A DNA stretch of 64,000 nucleotides from Trichoplax adhaerens. Taxonomy: Eukaryota > Animalia > Placozoa. A program made the position numbers and the translations under genes. Positions 13,281 through 27,300 of the stretch are shown here, piece after piece. The first letter of the stretch is position 1, and each line of letters opens with the position of its first letter. The stretch spans positions 12,657,694 through 12,721,693 of the forward strand of contig NW_002060943.1 of NCBI RefSeq assembly GCF_000150275.1. The letters are read 5' to 3'. The notes beneath the pieces were generated by a model, which was given only the letters and a program-made list of their open reading frames with translations, was not told the DNA's origin and did no database searches.

Positions 13281-14120
13281 TTAACTTTGACTCAGATCTA
13301 AAAGGAATAGGCTTGGAATAAAGTTCGAGTATTATATTCAGCAACAGTAGTTTGATATCGAAATAACGTAGGGCACTGTGAGTATAGCTGCAAGATGAGA
13401 TTTATAACAATGCTTTTAAGCTTTTTACGGAGTATTGGAGATTTGCAAGGTTTAAAATATTAGATGCTTATAAAATCTAAAATCTAAGTGGTATATATGA
13501 CATAAGCTTTAATCCTATGACGAAGTGATATAAAAAGTTCATAAATGCTTCTTATTTCAACACAGTATTATTCACTCATTGGTGTTATGTGCAAACGTGG
13601 CTATCATAATTTAACACAACTATAACGAATCAGCCTTACGATTACGTTACAAAACATGGCCAACTATTTAGCTCTCCATTATATATAAATATTTAATATT
13701 TGACTTTTCTTGTGTAACTTAAAAGTGTATATTATAGATAAATTATATTCTATAGATACAGTATGAGTATGTGACTTCTTCAAATCACTAAATGCAAAAT
13801 TTCAGTCTAATGATCTTTCTAAATCAGCTGAAGATTACTTGTTGAAACTTCTTTATAGTGCACAAAAGTGTGTAAATTGAAACATTTAAATAAATTTATT
13901 AATGTAATGGATTCTGTTTTTATTGAAATATCAAGATAATCGAATGTGTAATACATTCTATACGATGGATTCTACTAAGCTAAGTGCAGTATTAAGATAG
14001 TGTAGTAGCCATAAAATTATCTTAAACAATCAGTTACGTTGACTCGAATCAATGGGGTCCGGGATATCTACTAAATTATTATAGACTAATGCTATTATCT
14101 TGCCATTCAAGATATATGTT

Positions 14121-14727
14121 TGTCGTGATCAGCCAACGACAAGGAAACCTGGGCTTTGAAGCTGTACAAATGCTAAGGCTACAACAGCCAAGTATGCCCC
14201 AACGGGCTAAGTGTAGACTAGTCTTAGGCTTTTAAATAGTTTATTGAACCAAGGTAGTCTTGCCATCCAAGACTACTCTAAATACACGCGTACACTACAC
14301 GGTCAATCGACAACTCAACTGCTAGTGAGAGCGCTGGGCTTTATATACCCTAGCTCGGCTGCACTCGGTGCACAGCTTAGGTAAGCAACTCTAAAAATAT
14401 ACAGCTTTTGTATAGCCGATTGTCTATATGGTTTGGTATGGCAGACGGCGTAAACAACACTAATGAGTTACGAACTAATTAATAGCCAAGTAATAACCAA
14501 AGGCTTAGCACAAAGTAACAGAAAGTACTATTGTGTGAATATTAGTTATCACCTCTGTAAATACATTGCTCTGCACAGAGTCTACAACAAGTATAACTAG
14601 ACTACTAACAATGTTACAATTATCCCCATACCTAATAAATAAATGTTATTAACAAGTAATAAAATCTTAATTACTAATTACTAAGGCTAATGCTACAATT
14701 AACTGACTGAGTCTGTACTCCGTCACA
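14121..14727 (-). mobile_element. Solo LTR-like element, family A (607 bp), TSD ATGTT
   Basis: TGT...ACA ends with a perfect 5-bp duplication ATGTT at 14116-14120 and 14728-14732. It is a close reverse-complement copy of 39077-39683. TATA-like GTATATAAAG, a hairpin and AATAAA lie on the minus strand. Confidence 0.85.
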
Positions 14728-14732
14728 ATGTT

Positions 14733-15470
14733 ATTTGGAATAATCGTCTTTTCCTCCTTCAAGAACAGTAGCTGGGTTTAAGTATAACGCAGCTCAGAAA
14801 GAGGTACTATTGGCATTGGTATAGGCTGCGATTTAATACTAACTCATATAAATATCAGTCCTATAGGAATATAATAACACGCATTTTTTATTTTATGTTA
14901 TGATATTAATATGCCAAATGGGCAATTTAGATCTTACATAAATTGAAGTCATAATCACAGCATTTTACGGTACTTACCATATATTATTTCGGAGCTTTTT
15001 ATGAAATATCCATTCACGTACTAATTTCGATTTAAAGAATCGATTGCATTAGCGACAACAAATAATATCTTGACTGTCGGTGAAAGATGTGTAAACTATT
15101 TCAATTATTTCTCTATATTCAGCACATTTAGCGTAGAATTTACTTTTTATTGCCTTAAATTTTGGCATTCTTTTATGAATAGTTTCGTTTAATTTATCTT
15201 GAATAAAAAGATGGGGTCGTATTTCGCTAATATAATCATCAATATTCTTCTCAATCATTGATGCAATTTTTGTGGATATTTATCATATATTATATATTAT
15301 ATATTATATTATATTATATTATATTATATTATTATTATATATTACATATTATATAATTATATATTATTTCTTGCGGATATTTCTGGTCGCAGTAGAGTAA
15401 GCCTATATAAGATTCTTCTTTCTTAATAATATTCTGATATGGATAACCTGGTATTGTGTATTTTGCACAT
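14733..15470 (-). pseudogene. Decayed coding exons (possible CARD N-terminal helices) interrupted by a microsatellite and the family-A LTR
   Basis: ORF 15049-15258 (MIEKNIDDYISEIRPHLFIQDKL...) resembles CARD helices 1-2. The frame continues past a stop to a GTAAGT donor near 14977, and an acceptor follows near 14862. Multiple stops are present. Confidence 0.3.
15285..15368. repeat. (ATATT)n microsatellite
   Basis: Directly visible imperfect pentanucleotide run, flanked by near-identical ttg[t/c]ggatattt motifs. Confidence 0.9.
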
Positions 15471-16401
15471 TGAAAATAAAAATTTTAACTTATGAATTAT
15501 TCCACAGTTTTAAACAGGCTGATAAATGGCAATAAAATATGCCATCAGGAATATACTATCGTAAATTACTACTTGTTATACGCAAGGAGCATTAAGCTCC
15601 GTAACAGCATCCATTAATTTAAAAGTATTTTTAGTCGCTATCAGAATCAGATATGTAATATTAGCTATATTAAAATAGTAACAGCGAGTTACGGACGAGA
15701 TTGTACTAATCATCGGTGCCATGAAGGATGTTGAAATTGAGAGATTAGCTTCTAAGCTTAGATGAAATATTCTAATATAACTATGGTACTCTAATTTATG
15801 AACGTGAGTGCAATTGCCACTTAGTTTGTGATGGAAGATTTCTTGCAAAGTTGAGATGACGTAAATTGATCGATATATCAGATTACTTGACTTCCAAACA
15901 TTAGGGAAGAATTAGCTTGAGAGTTAGGCACTAGAACTAAATTAATAGCATATTTTAAACTTGAATATATTCTATATTATTATACATTACTACTACCGCC
16001 TTGATTTATTCACTTGCGACTAATTAAATCGTGTACTACGAGATTAGCATTCAATCAATTAAGTCATTGCTATGATCACTCCGTAGAAGAGAAGCCACGT
16101 ATAACTCGTGTAAAGAGAAGATAGGATTATCATTGATTTAACTAATTACATACACAATTTTTGTACCTGACTATATTAAAATATATTTAAGTCAAATAGC
16201 ATAATTTTCAGCCATAGTAAATTATTATCATACTTGTGATTTATCTTATAGAAGTATATATATTATTCGTACCTTTTCTCATACCTTGTAGACTTTATGA
16301 CAGACACACAGGTTATTAACTTTAAACATGAACTACTGGTACTATACTTTGGCTCTGTGAATAGATAGAATAATCATTGTTTAAATTTGTTATTTAAGAC
16401 G

Positions 16402-16780
16402 AATTCGCTACATTTATCGCTTTCTGCAACAATTTTCTTTCGAATTTTGCACAGCAATAACTAAATTGATTTCAAGTAACTCTTAAAGCTGTACAAAATC
16501 ATGTCCATAACGTTTGTTTTACATTATGTTTCGCAGCTTTGTTGTTCTACCTTCTTCATAAATGGTAATTTTAATATTGGCAGCTTCTCTAGTGCTTAAA
16601 ACTTGCTTTGCTTCTTAATTTGATGGCTCTAACACTTCATCTATCGGAAAATTTCGATTACATCCCATGCCGTATGCATCTAGGGCATATTATAATTGGG
16701 ATGTACGTATGATTTCTTTTTCATCTTCTTCTTGTGTAGTTATATCAACAATATTTGGATTAAATAAATTAAGTAATACT
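16402..16780 (-). pseudogene. CARD-like domain pseudogene, copy 2
   Basis: Translation with 4 in-frame stops and a terminal frameshift: ..RTSQL*YALD..NFPIDEVLEPSN*EAKQVLSTREAANIKITIYEEGRTTKLRNIM*NKRYGHDFVQL*ELLE.. This covers most of the CARD pattern (VL..L....VL...E...I...R..KL..I...KR...F..L). Confidence 0.6.
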
Positions 16781-17299
16781 TTTACTGCTACTGTGCTTGT
16801 ACTTTAAGTTATGAAGAAAACTATGATCGCAAAAAGATCCCTGTGTGCGCAATTTTCTGCCATTTTAACTTTATTGATGTTATTTACGAAGAGAAATAAC
16901 ATAATATGAATGAAATAATTTTCATATGATTAGACTGTAGTTATTATTTTAAATTTACATATACGAGTATAGCGGAGGTAGTAGTAGTAGTTTCTAACAA
17001 CGCATTTAGAATTTAAACACTATAATAATATCCTATTAAAAGCAAATTTAATATAAAATGCTATAAAAAAATTCTTTTACAGTAAATGTGTTAAATTTAG
17101 GAGAAATTGCTATAGAGTCTTACATTAGTCTAGTGAAGATAAAATATTTTAAGATACTTCATGACATTCAAATAATCGATATCGAAGTCTTTTAAACCTT
17201 ACTGATACCTTACTTACGATTCACTGTTATAAATACAGAAACTACGGATTTATTGAAAGTAATTCCTGACTTATCCTGAATCAGAGTGCTCATTAATTA

Positions 17300-18050
17300 A
17301 GGTTAAGTTTGACAGCTTTTACGGTAGCATACGTCATCTAAAGCTCTATTCCCATTACCCGCACTTGTTCAATACGTCTTCGGTCATTTAAACACGTCAA
17401 AATTTTCACTTCATCTTGTAGTTTATTGGCCAATCCCTCCGCTTTTCTACGTCATTTCTCGGCTTCTATCGATTCACATTTTTCTATATAAGAAGTACTC
17501 ATACTCCGATAAATGCAAAATCCAAACTGAAAGAGCTGACTACTGTTGCTGTATTGGAATTTGATTAGACTTAAAGCCTCTTTGTAATAAAACAAAGCTA
17601 CTTTATGCCTTCATTCATTATGATTTTTCACGCCTTTTTCCAAATTCGATTTTATTTGATCAAGTAGGGTTAATTTGATGAATTCATTAGCTATATTCTT
17701 TAGTTTCGATCAACAATTGAATAATACCATATACTATGCATAAAGAGATCGTAACGCTTTTCTTCAAATAAATTGCGCCTTCGATTGCAATTTTGATCGC
17801 AATACTAAGAAAAGAAGCAACTGATCTATACCATTATATAAAATAGCTATCTCCCAATTTTTATCAAGATAGAAACGTCTATTTGAGCTTATAGTCAACT
17901 CCGATGAACGAGATGGAGACAATACAATCGCATAGCTATCATCAATCATGCCTATAACATTCTCCTGATATTAATAATGATGAAATTGATTAAAACGCAT
18001 TTGAACAATTGTCTCTACTTCTTCCTGTAAACGCTTTTTCAACGTCAATA
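17300..18050 (-). pseudogene. TPR-protein pseudogene, paralogous to the N-terminus of the 4975 gene
   Basis: 17709-17330 reads ALFYYKEALSL..IYRSMSTSY..EAEK*RRKAEGLANKLQDEVKILTCLNDRRRIEQVR/GNGNRALDD. This aligns with LYDQAL..YLNLSKTY..KARSYCDQSQTLAVKLNDKLRVAHSLDAFGNIKKEIGQYEDALND of the intact gene. Stops and a frameshift are present. Confidence 0.6.
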
Positions 18051-19029
18051 ATTAATTATCGTTATTCATCAATCCAATTATAAAAGCATAACAATTTTTA
18101 GCGGTGACAATGACAAATAAATCAGCTAGTTAGAAAGTAAATGTACACGTAGTGAGAAGAATATCACAATTTTTGTATTTATTCACGTTGATAATACAGT
18201 CCTACTTGCAAACCGCATCGCAGCTAGAAATCTATTAGCATAGTTTTTCTGGTTATCTTATAACGACCTATATTTTTCGATTCGTTACTATTAAATTAGA
18301 TAGCGATACGCTGAATCATGTGATATTTTTTTCCTCACGGAATTTTAAATTGTTTCGTTGCCTTAAAGTGCGCGGATAATTGCTCTCTGAACTTGAGAAA
18401 TAAAGGCTTTGAGGTAGGAATGGTTACTTCAAAATTTATTCTCATTTTAAGATTAATAAATATTTTGTATTAATCTTACTTTCAGTACAGCAGTAGGCAA
18501 AATGTCTGCATCTATAATTGCTGTTACCTAATCTTTTGCTTATATCTAAATCAGAATAATACACATATAAGTAAAAGAAATATGATATCATCGACTATAG
18601 GTAAGACAAGCATACTAGCAGTCTATTTTTCAAATTTAGGATAGATCTCTATTAATAATCCTACGTAATATATGATACGCACAATAGTATCCGATGTGCT
18701 TGAAACTTTTGCAATAAATTTGATATCAAATAAATAAATTATTATTGTTATTGACTGATTAGTTATTCTATTGGGCCACGTTGACTATCCTTGATTTTCT
18801 ATCTCGTAGTGCTTTCAAGTTTTAGATACTATGATTAATTATTTCAGGATTAGATCTTATAGACAAAATAATCATATCGAAGAATTAATTTGAAGGTAAC
18901 AAGATAAGGTATCAAAATAGGCAACAGTTCCTAATAAAGAGTGCAAAAATACGGCCGTACGAAATAAATTAGATGTTACTAGATGTCTTAAAGATTCTAG
19001 CTTGCCTTAACATAAATAATTATAATTGA

Positions 19030-20045
19030 TTTCAATTTACGATTAGACCACTCATTGATATTATCTCAAATGAAATGAGTCTAAGTCGCTAACTTGTAAT
19101 CTTATAGCAAAACGCTTATAACTACTTCAAGAATAAAATTTTTTATTTTAGGCGTATCTTAGTGAATTTCTTGGTAAGCTCACTTACAGAAATGCGCCCC
19201 AAACTCAGTTTTATTCGTCTCTAAAGTCAGCACTTGGCGCAATTTTACGAATGTGAAATCTTATTCAATTTCAATTTTTATCAGCTTCCTACAAGATTTC
19301 AAATCAAATGTTAGTGGGCTGCATTCTATAACTTTGACTCTATAGTTATAACATTTGTTGCAAGTTGAGTGAATCAGATAATCTTAAGAGCCAGCTTATG
19401 ACTAATTGATTGAAAAAAAAGTACCAAAGGAAAGGAAAAATTTAAACGTATATTCAAAACTATTGTTTCGGCTCTTATCGAATGGTTGAAAGTAAACTTT
19501 CAGCTTTAAATGAAATACTCTAAGGTGTTACAGGAAATTTTAGAGCTTCAGTTTGCTTCATTATTAAAAATAAATTTTAAATTACAGTGAGACTACGCTT
19601 ACAATCTCTATTTATACAGAAGGAGTCGAAGCGCCTAATTTGTCATTTTATAGCAATATACATGTATAAAGAATGTATTATTTTATTGTCAGCGGCATAC
19701 TAATTGATGTTTTGGTAAATTAATTTACCGGAAAGTCTACCAATCTTATATCCATTTCATCTCTAAAGTCAATACAGGACACAATTTCACAAATTTCCAT
19801 TCACATTCAATTCCATTTCAATATATGAAGTTTTTAAATTGAATGGCAGTGGCCCACCTTTTATGGCTCTGACCTATTAGGCACAACATTGGCAGCACGT
19901 AGATTACACGAGATGACCTTGGGAGTAGTTAATGATTCATAGATGAAAGATAATGGAATATTAGTCGAAAAGAAAAATAAGTAAACGTTTATCGCTATTG
20001 TTTTATCTTCAATCTGATGATTGAGAGCATTATTTCAGCTTTATT
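19030..20045 (+). repeat. Old tandem duplication (period ~541 bp) containing a live and a dead copy of a putative signal-peptide exon
   Basis: Collinear shared motifs (ttatagcaa, ttg|gtaa, tctctaaagtca, attcaatt, tttcagcttta) at ~19100-19510 and ~19645-20045. Confidence 0.7.
19673..19714 (+). CDS. Candidate first coding exon of the mucin (MYYFIVSGILIDVL), splicing in phase 0 to 24408
   Basis: ATG, then 14 mostly hydrophobic codons, then |gtaaat. Joining to tttacag|ATT at 24408 gives the signal-peptide-like MYYFIVSGILIDVL-IFFLSFGVPSSA-DV. The alternative in-frame ATG at 24384 also gives a plausible signal peptide. Confidence 0.45.
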
Positions 20046-20921
20046 TTTTTATCAGAATTTATTTGCTTACTAATTCATCGTCTCATTGACTAGAAAATTG
20101 TTATGTCAACGGATGGCCTTAAAATTAAATGACTATTTCTTTACTTATAATCGATTATAGTAAGAATAATTTTATTCAAAACTGTTCGGAATTGATGTAA
20201 AGTGGAATGGAGAATCAATCTTAGGTTAATCATCTCCGCATGAGTGATTGGAAACCTCCAGGATGATTCACAAATATAGAAGATATGGAAAATTAAGTTG
20301 GATTTTTCCTTTTATTATTGTAAGTTAGGATTTTAATTTAATTCACTCTTATAATCTAAAGTAAGCGTAAAAACAATTTTTGATGTTAGATTCAAGATGA
20401 AGGATATCTATTTAATTTCTTTAGATAAAACTGATAGTTCAATTGCAATGCATTGTGTAGCCTGTAAACATTATAAAATATTACTGATAACCTATTAGAC
20501 CCAACGGATAAGCTCTTTACGAGTAGAAAATAACGTAAATACAATCTAATTGACTCCTAAATTGAATACACCAGTCTATTTCTTTTCCTTATCGCGGAAA
20601 AAATAATTTTGCGATCGAAGACAATCAGACTTTAGCTTGAGCAATGATTGAAGGCTCACGTAATAAAGAAATATAAACTATTGATGGTACAAATGGACTA
20701 AAATCTCAATTACTTTACTCTAGTTGCATTACCGTCTTGAAATGACGTTACTTATTGATTGTATAAGGACTCGAAATCAGTTCAATACTGTAGAGGTTCA
20801 AGATACCGCGTTAGTCCTGACAAAATAAGTTTAGTTCTATAATCATGTCAATAATGCCTATATTTATACTCTTGTATAGCTATTAGAAAGGGTAGAGTTG
20901 CTACAAATTCTAGTGCTGTTG

Positions 20922-21517
20922 TGTTACGAAGCAAAGTAACGTACATGTTAATTAAGTAGATTTCGCTATGTTACTAATGGCAATTTAGTACCCTTCGCGA
21001 AGTGCGAGTAACGTGCGATTAGCTTGCTGAGTCTTATTCGCTTTATTCGCTAGTTATTGATTATTGCCAATTAAAGCCGTTTACTAGTTGTATCCATAGT
21101 TAACTTTATAGTTTATTGAGGGTTGTTTCCCAGTATGAACCATGTAAATGGTATTTTGCTAAATTAGTATGTGTGCACCATAAGTTTTGTGGTAAGGTAT
21201 AAATGGAAGAGCGAATGCTCAGCTCCTCAGTTCGTGATTTAATAGCGTTTAGGCTACTCTATTAATTAAACTGTACTAAACTCTTAGAACAGTCTTATCC
21301 CTGTATGACCGTAAGTAGTATAGGACTACCGCACATCAGACCTTCAGGTGTAGTGGAGATAGAAATAAGTAATCTATTAGTTTCGGGTAATAGTTCGCAA
21401 GTTAAGTTTATAACAATCTTGTAAAAAATTTAAACATTTAATAGAATGCTGATTTATCCTCGTGTAAGTACTGTGAGTGGCATGTGCTATACAAATAATT
21501 TATATAAGTTTGTGACA
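20922..21517 (+). mobile_element. Solo LTR-like element, family E (596 bp), TSD TGTTG
   Basis: Ends are TGTTACGAA...TTTGTGACA (imperfect inverted termini) with perfect TGTTG at 20917-20921 and 21518-21522. Internal GTATAAAT and ATTAAA are present. Confidence 0.65.
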
Positions 21518-24383
21518 TGTTGTTACATGAAATTGTCGAGATTTAAAGCTATGGTTTGAGCTTTAGTAAGACGATTATTTTTACCATGACCAGTTGCTGA
21601 TTTTTTGCGTTCATTTATTATCAGCATGACTAATCCGAAGAAAATTCGGTTAAGGTTCATCATAACTTACGCGCTTGTTATATTAACAAGGTGCTTTCGT
21701 TACATAGTGAATTATTTTGTCGACTGATATTTACTTTATATTCTATGATTAATAATTTTATATTAATGAAACTATACGGTGTTAAGATCCTTTAGTCATG
21801 GAAATTGTCAAAATAGTAAATAGGTTAAATCAAATAAATAGCTTTGTTTCAGGCTATTATTTTATTTGATAGTAGAGAAAACTTACTAGCATTAGCATAT
21901 TCATGACTAGCTACTACAAATTCTATATAAAATTCTTAAAATTTGCAAGTAATGCATCGATTTTTCACAAAGGAATGACGTGATGATACAATTAAAAACT
22001 GCTTTTAAAGTTAAGAACTTTATACTGGAAGAAGCGCTATTTTACCAAATTAATTAACTATCATGATATCAGCTACAGAGATGGAAAGGTATATGGTTAT
22101 GTAGACTTATAAAGTTACAAGCAAACCCAAGAGCACATTCAAGTATCATAAGCCAAGACAAAAATATTATTACACCAGCATATTCTAATGCAAAACATTT
22201 ATAGTTTATTAAATTTTAACTCAAAATTGCTGGGAGTCCGACCGTTGAAGTGCGATATTGTTTTAAAATAGGTTGGCTTTAGGCAAATTAATTTATTGTA
22301 CCGAAAGAGACATTTCGTTGATTGATAGAAAATTTAAGATTATGAGTAAATGAGATTCCGATGGGTTTCCTTAATTTTTCGAAGGGCTGGACATTGATGG
22401 GTGGGGATGATATTGTTCTGCATAGCTACCGTAGGTAACAGATTATGAATAATAGGCACAAAATTTCTCTCAATGACTGAGTACTTTAGGAATGACAACT
22501 ATTCATATTATATATATTAGCAAAAGCGAATTCATTTGAGAATTGTAGATTTAAACCGTTACAAATTCATGTTTACTTGCCAACCTAGATATACTCTGCA
22601 TACTTTAAACAGATCTATTTGCAATTTTTTAAATCTTTTTCAGCTTTGAAACATTCTATATCGACTTTGTTCAGATTTCTGTACCCAGGCAGAGACTACA
22701 TTATGTTTGATAATTCAAATCATTTCGCATTTGACGCATAATTTTTTCTGTTATAGAGTTAACAGAAAAAGGTGTCCTATAATAAGATAGATTCGTGATC
22801 TTTCTTGCGCATATTTTCTGTCATTCAGATTTATTTCAACAAGCATAATGTTGGAAGTTTACGACATTTGGTTAATTCATTAATTAACCATCAATTATGA
22901 ATATTTATATTAGTGTATTAGTGATTAGAATTAATTACTAGTATCCATTGCATAATAGGCGGTAGGAGAGGATTAGATATACTGTTCAGAAGCATGAGGT
23001 TTACTATTCATGTTTTCTGAACTAAGATGTTGTTAGCGAATACCACGCCTTATTAAATAAGCAAATAAATGATTATAAAACGCGAGTATTAAATAATTGT
23101 CTTTATTTATGCCAATATTATGATGAAATGGCTCCTTCATTATTCTCCTTCATAAGTCCATGAATCTAGTAATCAAACAGCATCGTGCTCAATAACCTTC
23201 TACTCGATGTACAACTTAGCATTTATGAAATAATGTCTCGTAAATCAAAGTTGAGACAAAAAGTTTTCTGCAAGACTGCAGCTAAGGAATTATCTGCTGA
23301 TCTGTTCGAATGTTATTGTTTAATATACGGTCTCAATGATTAGCCATTAGCTCAAAATAAATCCTATTAACTCTCTAATAAAATTTAAGCGTGGCGAAAT
23401 TACTATTACTATCGAAGCATTTTATGCAGATAGGTCCGCAAACTTAAGGGAAATTTTAGACTGTGGACGTAGATATTAAATGAGAGAAAGTAAAATTGAA
23501 AATTAAACCGTCTTAATAGACCTTTTTATATTTGAAGATTCGCTTTTCATGTACAGTAATTTATAACTAGAGTATTAAATATTTCATTCGTTTCGCAAAA
23601 TATACGTTTGAATAGTTCTGATCATCTTGTAAAGAATTGAATTCTTAGAAAAGATTACTTTCGGTTAATTGTGCCGCATTAATTGTCTAGAGTGTACATA
23701 GTTTAAGGATCGTTTACTTCTCGCTACTACTTTACAAAATTGGAATGTTATGTATGTAGGTGGACTTTAATAAGTTAGTAATCTGTCGATTTTCAACTAT
23801 TGGTAATCGTTGCGACTTCTAGATCAAAAAGTAGATGTGACAGTTCCTAAATAAAATTGAGGAATAGTCAATATCAGCATTATACCGTGGACTAGCTAGG
23901 GGTCTCAGGGAAGACTTTTGATGTTGGCTTTGAAATTTATTGAAATAGGAAATATATTTTTTAGTCAGAATGAAAATGGGTTGCTATCGAAGTAATTTTT
24001 CTTTAGAATCAATTCTGTTTAGAAATGGTAAACTTTAACTTTAATCTAGAAATTGATAGTTCCACTTATTTAGTAGCAATTTAAAGCCTTGATTAACTTC
24101 CAGTGCTCAATTAGCCTTAATTATTGGTTATATGTTGCGTCTGGAATTTAAATCAAAACGGTAATACAGTAAGCTACAAACATAATTCAAAAGTTCGAAA
24201 CTAAAAATTGCAACCAGTTTCAATATTTGAAATGATTCGCAATCTGCAATAAATCGCAATCAAATTCTATTTTTAATGAATGTCAGATTGCTTAATTTGT
24301 TTTAGAACGCTCCATAGACATCATAAAAGTAGTAATTAAAACTTAAAGGGTATAAAACGGATTCCAACTGACTTAATAGTATA

Positions 24384-27300
24384 ATGATATTTATAATTGC
24401 TTTACAGATTTTCTTCCTGAGCTTTGGCGTACCAAGTTCTGCCGATGTCACTTTTACTCTTACTTATTTATCAACAATAACTGAATATGTAAGAGAAGTT
24501 AACAATAGTCCAAATGGAAAGCTATCATCTATTTCGACATTTGCTACTTTAACACCTAGTAGATATTCCAATCATGATAGACTAGCAAGCCAATTTGATC
24601 CATCTGTAAACTTTGGAAATAGCTTATTACCGTCTGAAACATCAGATGATTATTTTCAAACTTCTAATGAACAATCTAATATTGATGTATTGGCGTCATT
24701 GCAGTATGATGTTTCTAGTTTCTGGATAGCTAGTAATGTTCAAGCTGAAGTATCATCCATTATTGGTAGCAGTGCAGTGATAAATAGTTATGATTTGACT
24801 ATGATAAACTCACAGGATTTTACAACGATAATCGCCGATTACCAGGAATTCGAAAGCATTAGTCATACTGATGATTCTGTTCAAGCCACCATTATTGCTG
24901 TCCAAACGGAATCAATGATTTCATCGAATGATTCACCAATTATGTTATCATATGAAAGCCAAGACAGTCTAACTGGAAATGGTTTATCTTCCTCTAGTCC
25001 ACTAGATATTGCGACAACAACCGGTCTTCAAATATCTCAGTCGGAGCATCTATCACTAATAACGATGACTGAATTAAGCAAAGTTTCTTTAAATTTGCAA
25101 TCTTTGACATATTTGTCGACAGATACTACAATAATTAATTCCAACCAACTGGTTTCATCATTAACAGATACTGATAACTTTTTATCGTCATTTTCCCTTT
25201 CAAGGCCAATGTCTAGTAAATTATTGATATCCTCTGATACTTTAATGACACTATTAGATAACGTCAGTTTCGAATCGAAGCATTTAAGCTCTACTTTTGA
25301 ATATTTATCTTCATTCTTTACTTCTGGAATACCTGATATATCATCAATATCTTTGGATACATCAGCTAGAATATCTGAGATATCAGACTCTAATTCCTTA
25401 CAAGGTTGGATATCTGATAATGGATTTAAAACAACAAATGAATTGATGTATTCTTCTCGCATATCAACAATTAGCCTCCAATCAGTTGGCAATCCTCCCA
25501 GTTATTTATCATCGGCTAAAGATTTGCATACATTCAACTTCGATAATTTGCTCTCTACAATAACAGACTTGAGCAGTATAGCAAATATTCTACCAGTCCA
25601 GTCATCAGATATATTTGAGACAATGCAAACTACCGATACTGCGATAGCATCAACCATAAGATTAACCTCCCTTGATGATTTCACAAACTCTTCAACAGCG
25701 AAGTATTCGTCCGAAGAAATTTCCTTTGCTTCAGTTTTGAAGGTATCATCGGTAGTTTCTCTCATAATATCTGATGCGTCTGACAATTCTGTGGACTATT
25801 CGACCACTTCTATAATTTCAATGCTTGAATATCAATCACCTGGAAACCCTACCAATGTTTTATCATCGGTTCAGGAGATACAAATGTCGAACTCGGATAT
25901 GGTGCTTTCAACAATAACTGGTTCAATTACAATATCGAAACTTTTACCACTTTATTCATCAAAAATGGATGAGACATTGCAAGCTACTGCTTTACTGTCC
26001 AGTAACAAGCTTAAATCTGTCGATAATGACAAAGGTACAACAATGACTAATCAGTTATTCTATTTAACTACATTAATAACTGCTGATATTCTATCTGGCA
26101 GCGCTTTTAAGGATGATTTATCGACTACTGTTTATGGTATCCAGACATCAGTTTCGATTGATTTATTATCAACAAGAATAGATTCCAGTAAAGCATCGCA
26201 AATTTTACTACATCAATCGTCGGATATAGTTGAGACATCGCATACTATTAATCCATCATCAAATTTGGCAAAAACCTCTGTTGACAACTCTATCATATCT
26301 ACAGAAACGTATCTATCGGAAGAGGCTATTTCTACTGCTATATTTGGTATTGTATCCGAGATATCTTATACTCCTGAATTAAACTTGACATTCAATTACA
26401 AAAGTACACTAACTTATCAGTTATTCCATTTAACTTCATTAACGACTGTTGACGCTCTATCTAGCAACGCTTTCAAAGATGATTTATCGACTACTGCTTA
26501 TGAAATTCACACATTGAGTTCGGATATTTTGCAATCAACAGTTACAAATTCAAGTATAGTATTGCAAATGCTACCTCTTCAATCATCGGAATCGGGTTCA
26601 GATAGTTTACCATCGACAATAATAGATTCAAGTATAATATCGCAAGCTCTATCGTTTCAATCATCGGACATAACAGAGACGTCACAAGCTATTAGCAGTT
26701 TATTATCAAGTCTAGGTATAACCTCTGTTCAGAATTCTATAAGCTCTACAAAAAAGTATTTATCAGACGAAGTATTTTCTACTCTAATAAATAATATAGT
26801 TTCGGATGTATCTGATACTTTTGAAACTAACTTATTATCCGACTACGAAAGTACGACAGCTGATCGCTTATCCTATTCAAGTCGTCTAGAGACTCGTGGC
26901 TATCTATCTACAAGCGCTTTTGACGATGATATATCTTTTACTACAAATGATATCAAAACACTGGACTCCAATAACTTACTATCGACAATAACAGATTCAA
27001 GTACAGTATCGCAATTTATACCATTGCAATCAACAGATATAGCTGAAACGTTACAAGCTACAGACAGTATATTATCAAGCTTAGAGAAAGCGTCTGTTGA
27101 GAACTCTATAATATCTACAGAAACATATCTGACGGACGAGCTAGCTTCTACTCTAATATATGATATAGATTCGGATATATCTGATACTTCTGGAATAAAT
27201 CTGTTATCTGATTACAAAAGTACAATAGCCGATTCGCTATTCTATCGTACTACATTAGTAACTCTAGATGTTCTATCAAGTAGCTCTATTAAGGATGATT

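Noticed and set aside
15576-15848. 90-aa minus-strand ORF
   Set aside because: No motif similarity and a TTG start. It may be part of the decayed cluster but cannot be supported.
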